Assembly: GCA_965541585.1 (NCBI GenBank)
Contig: CBEUCH010000012.1
Coordinates: 1-64,000, forward strand
DNA: 64,000 nt
Direction of reading: 5' to 3'
From: an uncultured bacterium
GTDB lineage: Bacteria; Zixibacteria; MSB-5A5; UBA10806
A program made the translations under genes and the position numbers. Position 1 is the first letter of the stretch; every line of letters starts with the position of its first letter. The notes below the pieces were generated by a model that made no database searches, was not told where the DNA came from, and saw only the letters and a list, made by a program, of their open reading frames with translations. Positions 48,143 to 58,775 of the stretch are shown piece after piece.

Positions 48143-48667
48143 TTATCTTCTTACTGTCGGTTTGGCAGGATCTGTTTCAAAAACGGTATTTTCGGTCACA
48201 GTCTGGCGTAAGCCTCCAGGTATTTCAGGCGGAAAGTGAACGGCAACAGTTAATGAGCCACCACCTAAAGCACTGGCCCCCAAAGTATACCCCGCTTTCC
48301 CGGCCGTATCTGTTCTATAGTCTGGAGATCCCCATGAAAAAACATCTCCGCTATGATTCCAAGTTACTGGAAGTCCATCCCAGGGATATAACTGAGTTCC
48401 ATTCGTAGTTCCGAGAGCGTAAACTTTGGTACCTGCTGGAACATATCGAACTTGATAGAAAAATCGACCGTTAGGGGTACCCAGGAGTGAATAGTCTGTT
48501 GTCCACCAACCATACACATCTACTCGCGTTGCGCCTCTGCGAACATCTGTCTTAAGTGGTGATTTGACAATTTTGGGGGGACCGAAAATCCAACTACAGC
48601 CGGTATTTATACTTGCAATTGACGTTAAGAATAGTATCATTACTAATGTTTTACTTAAATGTTTCAT
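48143..48667 (-). CDS. Hypothetical lipoprotein-like protein, probable gene cassette
   Basis: MKHLSK-hydrophobic-NTGC signal; lies between element C and attC. Confidence 0.75.
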   Translation of the reverse strand: MKHLSKTLVMILFLTSIASINTGCSWIFGPPKIVKSPLKTDVRRGATRVDVYGWWTTDYSLLGTPNGRFFYQVRYVPAGTKVYALGTTNGTQLYPWDGLPVTWNHSGDVFSWGSPDYRTDTAGKAGYTLGASALGGGSLTVAVHFPPEIPGGLRQTVTENTVFETDPAKPTVRR

Positions 48668-48712
48668 ATTGAATCCTTTCCCAGTAAATCATTGAATTCT
48701 ATCAAGTCAACA

Positions 48713-49029
48713 GCCCAAAATAACATTAAACAACACTTATTCATAGTAGTGTAACCTACTGAATAATTAATGTCAACAAGAATCAATTAAGAAAACAAGA
48801 TCTTGGATTAAGAAAGAGGATTGGTAAGATTCGTGTTAGATCTTCCAATCAATATAATGGAAAGGTGAAATCTATATTCGAGACAGTTGCTTTCCAACAA
48901 TTTTATAGGGAACTCTCCAAAACACAAGATAAGAAGAATTCTCAGCTTAAGAGGATCGTATGAACAGTCTAATTCCAGTTTCTCCACCGCATCAGCCAGA
49001 TGATCCGGAGCATAGATCGAAAACAGCGG
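48713..49029 (-). mobile_element. Full copy C of the ~315-bp dispersed element
   Basis: Reverse complement is colinear with 20737-21052; its 5' part translates as IYAPDHLADAVEKL. Confidence 0.75.
48748..48776 (-). promoter_or_regulatory. Near-consensus sigma70 promoter within element C
   Basis: TTGACA-17 nt-TACACT on the minus strand. Confidence 0.8.
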
Positions 49030-49184
49030 CAAACCTGGTTTGCGTTGAGCTTTCTTGTCAAGCTGGTTTAGTTTGGCAATCAGCTTGCGCTTTTCGCTGG
49101 TCCGGGCATTCTCAGGTCATTGTAGGTTCTGGGTATATTACCCGAAATTATCGGTTGGGTTTTGAGCAGGATACATTATATTTA

Positions 49185-51635
49185 ATGATGAATATGCATT
49201 ATCGGAGTCAGCTTTTTTCCCGGACACAATGCGTGCTGCTATCGACGCTCGGCGTGCTTTATTTCGCGGCGCCGATGGTTCTTGGCCAGGCCCCTGATAT
49301 CCTGCCATCGGATCCACATACACTTTCTATAGACAGGAGTCAACCGGTGCTCAGCACCAGATTGATGGACGTAATTCAAAGTGCTCGCGAGGATACGGTG
49401 ATTCCGATCTGGGTCTTTCTTACTGATAAAGGCATTTTTGATGAGACAGAATATCAACAAGAGCTTTCCAAAGCTCGCGCAAGGTTAGTCCCTGCCGCTC
49501 ATCAAAGACGTTTGAAGGCCAGGGGCTCGGGAGATATAGTCGATTTTCGTGATATCCCGGTCCGTTCGGAATATCTGCAGGAAATTCTGTCCACTGGCGT
49601 TGAGCTTCGTCATACGCTCAAATGGTTTAACGCTATCACAGTCAATGCTTCGCCTTCAGATATAGAAAAGCTGGCGCGGCTTTCTTTCGTTCGTCATATC
49701 AAGAGTGTATTATTCTCCACTACTAATATTGATATTGACCTGACTCCATTACCGCCGGACTTGACTCTCGTTTCTTTGGATTACGGGCCCAGTTACGCGC
49801 AACTGGAACAGATTAATGTTATTGCCGCCCACGAGCTTGGATTTAAAGGCCAGGGTGTGATAGTCTGCATGATGGATACCGGCTACCGGCAGGGGCACGA
49901 GGCTTTTCAGAATATTATCGGGAGCGGCCGGTTGATCGCCCAGTACGATTTTATCAACGGTGACGATAATACCGATTACGATCCGGATCAGGATCTGGGC
50001 TGGCAACCTGATCACGGGACCATGACATGGTCGACGCTCGGCGGAGAGTCGGAGGGAAATCTCTATGGGCCTGCTTACCTGGCCAGTTTCGTTCTCTCCA
50101 AAAGCGAGGATATATCATCTGAACGGCACATAGAGGAGGACAATTGGGCCGCAGGTGCCGAATGGGCCGAATCGATGGGGGCTTCGGTTATATCGGCCTC
50201 ACTTGGATACCGGTGGTTTGATTCGGGAGAGGGGGATTACGGTTACGAGGATCTGGATGGCAATTCCACAATTGTCACAATTGCTGCTGATCTGGCAGCT
50301 TATAACGGGATTGCGGTGGCGACGGCGCAGGGCAATAATGGCTCGCTAGGGCCGGGCTCTCTTCTTGCTCCTGCTGACGGTGATTCTGTTATAGCGTGTG
50401 GAGCCGTCAATGTGGAAGGAGAGCTTGCCGGATTCTCTGCCTTGGGCCCCACATACGATGGCAGGACAAAACCCGAGGTTTGTGCTCAAGGCGTCCAAAC
50501 GGTATGTGTCGATCCCTATAACAATACCGGATATACGACAGCGAGCGGAACATCACTCTCCACCCCCTTAATAGGGGGTGTCTGCGCGGTGCTTTTTTCG
50601 GCACATCCAAACTGGACATTGATGATGGTTCGAGAAGCGCTTATGATGACGGCCGATCGATTTGATGTTCCTGATAACGCTTATGGGTGGGGAATAGTCG
50701 ATGTGGGCCGGGCGTTGTATTATAATCCCGGCGGAGACATATTATTTCAACATAGTCCGGTATTAATTTCAGGGGAAAATCAAGCGATTCCGATTTCCGT
50801 CGCTGTTACCGGAGGAACTGATATTCAGTCGGTCTACCTCTATTATAGGTTGGGAGAAAACGGAGAGTTCTCAGAAATCTTGCTGGATTCTCCCAATGGG
50901 CAGGATTTTTCCGGCGAGATTCCGGGGCTGTCGGGAGACGTTGTTCAGTACTACCTGAAAGCCGATGATGTTGATGGCTCTTTTGCGTTTCATCCGATAG
51001 GAGGGGAGATGCATCCGGTGACGGTTGATCTCAACGGTATGGCGATCTTCGACTCATTCGAGGACGGCCCGCAACTCTGGAGATCCGGCGGCATCAACAA
51101 CTTCTGGGGTATCAGCACCAGATATGTTAATTCCGGTCATTTGAGCATTACAGATTCCCCCACAACTCTATACCGCGAGGATACGGACAGCTGGATAGAA
51201 ACGGCATTCAAGCTGGACCTCTCCGGAGCATCTAACGCGGAACTCTCGTTTTATTATCGAAGCGATTTGCAGATAGGTCATGATACCTTATTTGTTGAAG
51301 CCTCATCAGATGGTGGGAATAATTGGAACAGATTCTCACAGTCCATCACCGGCGAATCAGGTTCGTTCGTTCAATATTCTGCCGATCTGGCTGAATACAT
51401 CGGGCAACCAGACCTGAAGCTTCGATTTCATTTTGTCTCAGACGAAGCGGGCAGCGACGACGGAATATATATAGATGAAGTTCTCATATCATGGGAGGCA
51501 TATGAGGTCATCCCCACCCTCTCCGAATGGGGGATGATTATCCTGGCTTTGCTTCTGCTGGCGGTTGGGACAATTGCAGTTATCCACGATGGGAAGCGAA
51601 TTAAAGCGACCACTAATTATCAGGTAACGTCTTAA
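49185..51635 (+). CDS. S8 serine peptidase with C-terminal beta domains and IPTL-CTERM
   Basis: MDTG, DHGT and GTSLSTP motifs; [10 protein letters not shown]. Start moved downstream of element C (approximate). Confidence 0.9.
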   Translation: MMNMHYRSQLFSRTQCVLLSTLGVLYFAAPMVLGQAPDILPSDPHTLSIDRSQPVLSTRLMDVIQSAREDTVIPIWVFLTDKGIFDETEYQQELSKARARLVPAAHQRRLKARGSGDIVDFRDIPVRSEYLQEILSTGVELRHTLKWFNAITVNASPSDIEKLARLSFVRHIKSVLFSTTNIDIDLTPLPPDLTLVSLDYGPSYAQLEQINVIAAHELGFKGQGVIVCMMDTGYRQGHEAFQNIIGSGRLIAQYDFINGDDNTDYDPDQDLGWQPDHGTMTWSTLGGESEGNLYGPAYLASFVLSKSEDISSERHIEEDNWAAGAEWAESMGASVISASLGYRWFDSGEGDYGYEDLDGNSTIVTIAADLAAYNGIAVATAQGNNGSLGPGSLLAPADGDSVIACGAVNVEGELAGFSALGPTYDGRTKPEVCAQGVQTVCVDPYNNTGYTTASGTSLSTPLIGGVCAVLFSAHPNWTLMMVREALMMTADRFDVPDNAYGWGIVDVGRALYYNPGGDILFQHSPVLISGENQAIPISVAVTGGTDIQSVYLYYRLGENGEFSEILLDSPNGQDFSGEIPGLSGDVVQYYLKADDVDGSFAFHPIGGEMHPVTVDLNGMAIFDSFEDGPQLWRSGGINNFWGISTRYVNSGHLSITDSPTTLYREDTDSWIETAFKLDLSGASNAELSFYYRSDLQIGHDTLFVEASSDGGNNWNRFSQSITGESGSFVQYSADLAEYIGQPDLKLRFHFVSDEAGSDDGIYIDEVLISWEAYEVIPTLSEWGMIILALLLLAVGTIAVIHDGKRIKATTNYQVTS

Positions 51636-51891
51636 GCCAAACTGGCCGATCAGAGCAGGATGTCATCTGAGTTCAGAAGTAAATCCGCCGAAAATTAGTG
51701 TCAATCTCCTGATGTAAATAGATTCTTATAAGCGATTAGCGGCCACGAATGCTAATTTTCCTTGCCGAATCGGCGGATTCTGCCTACATTAGTAACAACG
51801 CCGGTAAGGCTGGCAGATAGAAGTCTTCTTGTTAGCGATCCTGGGAGTCGATCAATCGCCGAACAAATTTCCGGGGAATGCGGAGGTCCAG

Positions 51892-54549
51892 ATGAAATCC
51901 TCAACCGTAGCGTTGGTGGTGGCATTATCATTTTATTTCGCCGGTAAGGCTCCGGCACAGGTTGCCGAAGATGGGGTGCCTTACAGCTTTTCGTTTCAGG
52001 TAGACGATGATATCCCTGCAGTCATAATGCCCGGAATCGATTTAATGGCTCTTCTTGCGGAGGATGAAATCGAGGAAGCAGAAGGTATGCCGTTTCGGTT
52101 TGGCGCTCCTTTTGACGTTGATCTCGGCTTGGATAATTCCGGGAAATGGGATACTTTATCGAACGGTGATCGCTTATGGCGTATCAAGATCGTATGCCCC
52201 GGGGCCTATTCCACGAACCTCATCTATAGCCGCTACCGGTTACCTGAGAATGCCAGGTTCTATATCTACAACGAGGATAAAAGCACTGTTCTGGGGGCTT
52301 TTACGGCGAAGAATAACAAAGAGCACGGTAAATTCGCTACAGGTCTTTTAAGGGGCGAAACCTGTATTCTCGAATATAATGAACCCGCTTCGGTCGATCA
52401 ACCCGGCCGGATAGATGTTTCGAGAGTGGTGCATGGCTATAAGGATATTCTCGCGGACTTCGGCGATTCCGGGTCATGCAATAACAACGTCAATTGTCCG
52501 GTCGGCGTGCCATGGGCGGACCAGATTCGATCGGCGGCTATGATATTAACAGGCGGGGGATTCAGGCTTTGTTCAGGCGTACTTTTGAATAATGTTAACC
52601 AGGATCTCACGCCGTTCTTCCTGACAGCCAATCATTGTCTCGGGGGGGAAGAAACCTGGATCTTTATGTTTAATTATGAAAGCCCTAATTGCTCCAACAT
52701 CGACGGGCCCACGAATCAAACGGTATCGGGATCAACTCGCCTGGCAAGCAGATCCACCTCTGATTTCGGTCTTTTATTACTCGATGAGACAATTCCGGAT
52801 GAGTACGATGTTTACTATTCCGGCTGGTCCAGGTTGAATACTCCGGCTCAATCGGCCGTCGGAATACATCATCCCAGAGGGGATATCAAGAAAATCTCCT
52901 TTGATTACGATCCCGTGACGTCGACCAACTATCTGGAAAATACAGGGACGACCCATTGGCGTGTCGGGGATTGGGAGGATGGCACGACGGAACCCGGCTC
53001 GTCCGGCTCGCCGCTGTTCGATCCCAATCACAGGATCGTGGGTCAGCTACATGGCGGCTATGCCTCCTGCTCCAGCATAACCTCGGATTGGTATGGAAAA
53101 TTCTCGCTTTCCTGGGATGGTGGCAGTAGTCCTTCGAGCCGCCTGAGAGATTGGCTTGATCCCGACAATACGGGAGTTACGACGTTGGATGGACTGGATG
53201 AAAGGTTTATAGTGTTCAACTATCCGGATGGTCGCCCTGATATTATTGATCCCTCGGGAGGAACCACCGTCCGCGTGGAGGTATCCGCAGGAAGCCAGAA
53301 TCCCGTCCCCGGAACAGGGATGTTGTACTATAACGGTGGCTCGGGCTGGATAAGTACATCTATGCAAGTCGTTTCACCCAATGTCTATGATGCCGTATTT
53401 CCTGCCTTTGACTGCGGGATCGAGATTTTGTACTACTTCAGCGCCGAAACCGACCAGAGTATTATACTCTATGATCCTCCCGGCGCACCGGGAGTCAGCT
53501 TCTCGGCGCCCAGCGCCTCGGGCATGACAGAAATCTGGGCGGATGATTTCTCCACCCATACGGGCTGGACAGGTTACGGAGGCCCGGCAGAATGGACGAG
53601 AGGTCCCGCTGTAGGAGGTTCGGGGAACGATGGGTATGGAGGCCCCGATCCGTCCACAGACCATAGCCCCGGTTTCGACGACAACGTATTGGGCAATGAC
53701 CTTACCTCCGGCAGTGGAGGTGATTACAACCCCGGTATTAGCTCAATCTACTGGATAACGTCGCCTGCTATCGATTGCTCCGGCAAGTTTAACGTAACAC
53801 TGACATTCTATCGCTGGTTAGGCATCGAACGCGACCTGTACGATCACGCTTATCTCCAGGTCTACGGTAACGGTGGATGGCAAACGGTATTCGCGAACGG
53901 TTCATCCACCATCGACGAGTCCTCCTGGAATCTGCAGACGTACGATGTCTCTTCAATTGCAGACGACTACCCCGGTTTCCGTGTTCGTTTCGGGCTTGGT
54001 AATACCGATGGATCATGGCAGTACTGTGGCTGGAATATCGATGATTTGAGCGTAACCGGATTTGGTTGCGACCTGGAGGTATTAGGCGCATGCTGTGATC
54101 CGGACGGTTCCTGCACTCTTCTTAGCGAACCGGATTGCCAATCGGCCGGCGGGATATTCATGGGTGGCGGCACGGAATGCCTCGGCGATGTCGACGGTGA
54201 TGATATCGATGGTATGTGCGATAACTGTCCGGACGACCCCAACCCCGGCCAGGAGAATTCGGATACCGATAGCTTGGGTGATGCCTGCGATAATTGCCCC
54301 GATGAGGATAACGAGGATCAGGCCGACAGTGACGTTGACGGCGTAGGCGACGTTTGCGACAACTGCCCGGACGTCTATAATCCGGATCAGGAAGATTCCG
54401 ACGGCGATGGAATCGGCGATGCCTGCGATGTTCAGGAAATCCCCACGCTCTCCGAATGGGGCATGATAGTTCTGATTCTGTTGCTATTGACAGCCGGGAC
54501 GGTGGCCGTTATAAGAAGGCGTAAGCTTGTCGCTCCAGCCGGTCAGTAA
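51892..54549 (+). CDS. Lysyl-endopeptidase-like S1 protease with thrombospondin type 3 repeats and IPTL-CTERM
   Basis: [27 protein letters not shown] motifs; CDNCP..NPDQ.DSD repeats; [21 protein letters not shown]. Confidence 0.92.
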   Translation: MKSSTVALVVALSFYFAGKAPAQVAEDGVPYSFSFQVDDDIPAVIMPGIDLMALLAEDEIEEAEGMPFRFGAPFDVDLGLDNSGKWDTLSNGDRLWRIKIVCPGAYSTNLIYSRYRLPENARFYIYNEDKSTVLGAFTAKNNKEHGKFATGLLRGETCILEYNEPASVDQPGRIDVSRVVHGYKDILADFGDSGSCNNNVNCPVGVPWADQIRSAAMILTGGGFRLCSGVLLNNVNQDLTPFFLTANHCLGGEETWIFMFNYESPNCSNIDGPTNQTVSGSTRLASRSTSDFGLLLLDETIPDEYDVYYSGWSRLNTPAQSAVGIHHPRGDIKKISFDYDPVTSTNYLENTGTTHWRVGDWEDGTTEPGSSGSPLFDPNHRIVGQLHGGYASCSSITSDWYGKFSLSWDGGSSPSSRLRDWLDPDNTGVTTLDGLDERFIVFNYPDGRPDIIDPSGGTTVRVEVSAGSQNPVPGTGMLYYNGGSGWISTSMQVVSPNVYDAVFPAFDCGIEILYYFSAETDQSIILYDPPGAPGVSFSAPSASGMTEIWADDFSTHTGWTGYGGPAEWTRGPAVGGSGNDGYGGPDPSTDHSPGFDDNVLGNDLTSGSGGDYNPGISSIYWITSPAIDCSGKFNVTLTFYRWLGIERDLYDHAYLQVYGNGGWQTVFANGSSTIDESSWNLQTYDVSSIADDYPGFRVRFGLGNTDGSWQYCGWNIDDLSVTGFGCDLEVLGACCDPDGSCTLLSEPDCQSAGGIFMGGGTECLGDVDGDDIDGMCDNCPDDPNPGQENSDTDSLGDACDNCPDEDNEDQADSDVDGVGDVCDNCPDVYNPDQEDSDGDGIGDACDVQEIPTLSEWGMIVLILLLLTAGTVAVIRRRKLVAPAGQ

Positions 54550-54844
54550 TTCCAAACGGCGGCTTTACAGCTAAGTAAGATATTGCCGATGAGAGATCTG
54601 TCTTAGAAGGGCTCCACCAGCCTGTTTCTGCGCATATTATGTTCACCGGCTTTCAAGATAAACGATAACTATGTAGAACCTTTTCATTTGAGAACCCCGG
54701 GATCAAGCCGACTTTTCACTATTCCGATCATCTACGCTTTATTGACCGATAGTCTATAATGGAAATTATCCGGTATAGATTCAATTGACATTGGCCTCCT
54801 GTAGACATATTTGTAGCTCAAAACGTCAGGCAGGAGAGGAAGAT

Positions 54845-55750
54845 ATGTCGTCCACGCGGCGCCTTGTGATAGATATCGGTACGAATTCCGTTCTGGCCCT
54901 TCTGGCCGATGTTTCGGCGGACGGCCTGGCGGTTGTCTCAGACCGAAGGATGATCACGAAACTGGGTGAGGGATTAACCGGCTCCGGTCGCCTTTCTCGG
55001 GAGGCGATGGTAAGGACGGCGGATGCTATCACCGGGTTCATTGAAGATATCGATTGCGAATCGGTCGTGCTTGTCGGCACGGAAGCCCTGCGAACAGCCT
55101 CCAATGCATCGGAATTTGCCGACCTTCTGCCCGGACGACTAAAGCGGGAACTGGCGACCCTGACCGGCCACAAAGAGGCTGAGCTGACTTACCTCGGGGC
55201 CTTATATGGATTGAAACGAATAAGCGAGAAGATCCTCGTCGTGGATGTTGGTGGAGGGTCGTGCGAGTTTATCCTTGGCAAAGGTAAGAAGATAATAGAT
55301 GCGCGCAGCATTCCTTTAGGCGCTCTCGGATTGAAAGAGTCGACGGCGAACGATAGTTTATCGTCTTATTACGACCGGGCCTTAGAAATAATTTCCAGTG
55401 AATTGACTTTCGTCAGGGACCTGGATAGGGGAGAGCTTATTGCCACCGGCGGCACTATCACCTCCGTTGCAGCTATAGCCTCGGAGCAGAATAAATATGA
55501 TCCACGTTCGATCCATGGGTACCAATTGAGCGTAAAATCCTTAAATGAGATCGCCTCTAAGTTTGAAAACCGCTGCCTCGAAGAGCGCAGGATGCTGATC
55601 CCTTTCGATCAGGAAAGAGCCGATTTAATCCTGCCGGGGGTGGGAATATTCCTTGCAGTCCTCGGTATCTTAAAAGTGGATGAGATTACGGTCTCCGTGG
55701 GAGGCTTGAGGTTTGGCGCTGCATTGTATCCGGAGAGGCTCATAAAATGA
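54845..55750 (+). CDS. Ppx/GppA family phosphatase
   Basis: IDIGTNS, TEALR, EAELT, DVGGGS.E and TGGT motifs. Confidence 0.9.
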   Translation: MSSTRRLVIDIGTNSVLALLADVSADGLAVVSDRRMITKLGEGLTGSGRLSREAMVRTADAITGFIEDIDCESVVLVGTEALRTASNASEFADLLPGRLKRELATLTGHKEAELTYLGALYGLKRISEKILVVDVGGGSCEFILGKGKKIIDARSIPLGALGLKESTANDSLSSYYDRALEIISSELTFVRDLDRGELIATGGTITSVAAIASEQNKYDPRSIHGYQLSVKSLNEIASKFENRCLEERRMLIPFDQERADLILPGVGIFLAVLGILKVDEITVSVGGLRFGAALYPERLIK

Positions 55751-55850
55751 AATTTTGCTGGATTTTTAGCTTTACCTTGAAGCACAGGAAACCTATTATT
55801 CGTCGCTAAAGACTGTTGGGCAACTGGAAAGAAGAAAGAAAGGCGGCCCT

Positions 55851-56288
55851 ATGCTTAAAACAATTGTCGTCCCGACTATTTTCATTGCTATATTTTTAAT
55901 GTGTTCTTGCGGAAGCGAGAAGAAAATCGTCGAAGTGCAATACGCTCCTGTCCTTTATGATGTAATCGCGCCCGATTCCTTGCAAAAGGGCTCGAGTCAG
56001 ATTTCGTATATATTCGTTAGCGCTTTTGATCCTGATGGTATAGATAATGTAGACTCGGTTTATTTTATCTCCACAAGACCTGATAGTTCATCAAACGGTA
56101 ATCATCTTTATATGTTTGATGATGGTTCAACTTACGAGGATTCTGTTGCTGGAGACGGGCGATATACCATTGGAATCCAACCGCCCGATACATCCAGCCA
56201 GACAGGAGATTATACTTTCACATTTTATGCTATTGACACGCAGGGCAATATGTCTAATAATCCGCGCAAAATAGTAACAGCATATTAG
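55851..56288 (+). CDS. Lipoprotein with an Ig-like (choice-of-anchor X-like) domain
   Basis: Lipobox-like MCSC; MFDDG...D.VAGDGRYT motif. Confidence 0.7.
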   Translation: MLKTIVVPTIFIAIFLMCSCGSEKKIVEVQYAPVLYDVIAPDSLQKGSSQISYIFVSAFDPDGIDNVDSVYFISTRPDSSSNGNHLYMFDDGSTYEDSVAGDGRYTIGIQPPDTSSQTGDYTFTFYAIDTQGNMSNNPRKIVTAY

Positions 56289-56294
56289 CGAGGT

Positions 56295-57788
56295 TTGATG
56301 AAAAAGCTGACAACCGTGTTGATCCTGATATTTACGGCAGCCATAGCCGAAGGCTCTGTATCCATCAGCCTCCAGGACGGCATATCGGGATTGACATCCA
56401 ACTCCGTAATCGATATCGCTCATGATTCGTCATCCGTCTGGCTGGGCAGTGGTGGCGGAGCCGGGGTTACCTTTGATGACGGTGAAACCTGGACCACATA
56501 CGGTGAGGACCATGGTTTGCCGAGAGACGAGGTTTCGGCGCTGGCTGCCAACGACAGAGGTGTCTGGGTGGCTAGTTCTCATTCGGAAACCATCAGCGGT
56601 GACCGTGTGCCGTTCGGTGATGGCATATCTTTGACCACTGACAGTGGTACAAGCTGGGAGACCTTTACACCGAAGCAGGTTACCTGGCCGGGGATGCTCT
56701 CCTATGATGTGGCTATTTACGATTCTATTGTTTTCTCGGCTTGCTTCTACGGGGGGCTGATACGCTCCACCGATTACGGTGTAACCTGGGAAAACCTCTA
56801 TCCATCCCAGCTTGATACCATTAATTCCGATTCGATCGATTTCAACGGCGAAATCTTCAACCGGCTCACCAATAGATTTTTCTCGGTGCAGGTCGATACC
56901 ACCGCATTTCCGGATACCTTCTCTGTCTGGGGCGGAAGTGCGGCTGGAATTACGCACTTCTATTTTCTCAAAGATTCTACTACCCAGACCTTCAATACCT
57001 ACCCCGATTCTATTTACCATGTTACTCATAACGACACCACGGTAACCGATTCGTTAAGGCTTCCGGGGAATTTCGTGGTTGCTCTGGGAGTTCAGAAGGA
57101 GCCTTACAGTGAGAGAATCTGGGCGGCTTGCAGACCCGCATTCTCCGGTTTCTTGAGAGTTGCATTCTCCGACGATGAGGGAATAACCTGGCACGAAGCT
57201 CCTTTAGGCGGTTTGTCGAATAGCGTCGAAGCCTGGGATTTCTCTTTTGCCGATGACACAGTATATGTCGCTACCGGAAACGGCCTTTATATGTCCTTCG
57301 GTGACTATACATCCTGGACTCTTCTTTCCGGATTTGTGGATCTGGACGATCAGACATTCTACCAGGATAACGCGCCATTTTTTGCGGTTGACGTCGTGGA
57401 TGGTATTATCTGGGGAGGTGGCTCCGATGGCATCGTAATGGGCCTTCCGGAAGCCGGTTGGGACGTATTCCGCTCCGGTCGCGACCCGGAGGATCATTAT
57501 GCGTATCCATCGCCATTCTCGCCGATTCAATCCACTCGACAGGGGACCACGATTCATTTTAAACCGCAGACCGACACCCGGGCTACAATCGGCATCTATG
57601 ATATTAACCTCGATCCGGTTAGAACGGTCGTCTCCCGGATCTTCCGGCGCGGGGGCGTGGAATCGGATGATATCGTCTGGAACGGCACCAACGACGATGG
57701 TGAATTGGTTGTCAACGGCGTATATTTCTATAGAATAGAGCTCGATTCGGGAGATGATCTCTGGGGAAAGGTGGTGGTGATAAAATGA
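56295..57788 (+). CDS. Secreted beta-propeller (BNR/Asp-box repeats) with FlgD/T9SS-like C-terminal domain
   Basis: TFDDGETW, TTDSGTSW, STDYGVTW repeats; YAYPSPFSP...WNGTNDDG..V.NGVYFY...KVVVIK. Confidence 0.8.
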   Translation: MMKKLTTVLILIFTAAIAEGSVSISLQDGISGLTSNSVIDIAHDSSSVWLGSGGGAGVTFDDGETWTTYGEDHGLPRDEVSALAANDRGVWVASSHSETISGDRVPFGDGISLTTDSGTSWETFTPKQVTWPGMLSYDVAIYDSIVFSACFYGGLIRSTDYGVTWENLYPSQLDTINSDSIDFNGEIFNRLTNRFFSVQVDTTAFPDTFSVWGGSAAGITHFYFLKDSTTQTFNTYPDSIYHVTHNDTTVTDSLRLPGNFVVALGVQKEPYSERIWAACRPAFSGFLRVAFSDDEGITWHEAPLGGLSNSVEAWDFSFADDTVYVATGNGLYMSFGDYTSWTLLSGFVDLDDQTFYQDNAPFFAVDVVDGIIWGGGSDGIVMGLPEAGWDVFRSGRDPEDHYAYPSPFSPIQSTRQGTTIHFKPQTDTRATIGIYDINLDPVRTVVSRIFRRGGVESDDIVWNGTNDDGELVVNGVYFYRIELDSGDDLWGKVVVIK

Positions 57789-58771
57789 GAAAAGTCTTTT
57801 TATCACTATTGACGCTATTGTTTTTTGCCCACCCCGTCTTTGCGTCCGGGGCCGGCGGATATGCCGGCGCTTTCCTGAGAAACGGGATCGGGGCGCGTCC
57901 CCTGGGGATGGGTGGCGCCTATACGGCGGTCGCTGAAGGGGCAGAGGCGGTGTATTATAATCCTGCCGGTCTGGGTTTCTTACCGAAAATCATGTTCACA
58001 TCCAGCTACAAAACCCTTTCTCTGGATCGGCATTTCGGATATGTCGCAATTTCATTCCCTATCAGGGGCGAAGCCGCCATGGCCGCCAGCTGGGTTAACG
58101 CCGGCGTATCGGATGTAATCGGCAGAGGAGAATCGCGCCAGATCTTCGGAGAGATCGGTAACAGCAGTAACGCTTTCGCCCTCTCTTTCGCCAAAGCCCT
58201 TCACCCCCGATTCTCATTCGGGGCCAACCTTCAGTATATTCAAGAAAAATTGGATGACCTCGAAACCTTTGCGATCGGCTTGAACGCAGGCATCATCGGG
58301 AAGCCGTATGAGAACATCTCGATCGGCGCGGCATTCAAGAATCTCGGCTCAAATTATCGCTGGGAATCGAGCAAGTATTGGAGCGAAGGAGGGACCTACG
58401 ACGAGGAGTTTCCGATAGTGCTGAATTTCGGACTTGCCGGAAACTTTCTCTCCGGACGATTGATTCCCGCAATAGACATTGAAACCAGCGATAAAAGCGA
58501 GTTTAAATTCAGGGCCGGCGGCGAATACTGGTTTACCAAAAAAGTCATTCGAGTAGTCGAAGACGAATATGAAGAGGATGTCTTTCTGGAGATCGAGGAA
58601 GATTTCCGCCTGGCGGGATTGAGATTCGGTATCGACAGGGGATCCCCGACGTTCGGGGCCTCTGTTTTTCAGGAATTCAAAGAAATAACTTTCGGTCTTG
58701 AATACGCATTTCTTATGGGCAGGCACGGAACCTCCGGAGGACATTTATTCACGCTGAATTTAGGTTTTTAA
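57785..58771 (+). CDS. PorV/PorQ-like outer-membrane beta-barrel
   Basis: FL..GIGARPLGMGGAY.A......YYNPAGL motif; C-terminal F. Confidence 0.85.
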   Translation: MRKVFLSLLTLLFFAHPVFASGAGGYAGAFLRNGIGARPLGMGGAYTAVAEGAEAVYYNPAGLGFLPKIMFTSSYKTLSLDRHFGYVAISFPIRGEAAMAASWVNAGVSDVIGRGESRQIFGEIGNSSNAFALSFAKALHPRFSFGANLQYIQEKLDDLETFAIGLNAGIIGKPYENISIGAAFKNLGSNYRWESSKYWSEGGTYDEEFPIVLNFGLAGNFLSGRLIPAIDIETSDKSEFKFRAGGEYWFTKKVIRVVEDEYEEDVFLEIEEDFRLAGLRFGIDRGSPTFGASVFQEFKEITFGLEYAFLMGRHGTSGGHLFTLNLGF

Positions 58772-58775
58772 TAGC

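Noticed and set aside
48808..49032. 74-aa ORF inside element C as a real gene
   Set aside because: Copies A and B have an early TAA in this frame; only the first ~20 codons look protein-like
48960..49184. N-terminal extensions in the ORF track (also at 8958, 17343, 19760, 35679, 51829, 54785, 61150)
   Set aside because: They overlap repeats or promoters; downstream starts fit SD motifs, signal peptides or family N-termini better
54690..54735. Possible fourth, degenerate copy of the dispersed element
   Set aside because: Only short patches (GATCA...CTTTTCAC) match; not distinguishable from chance
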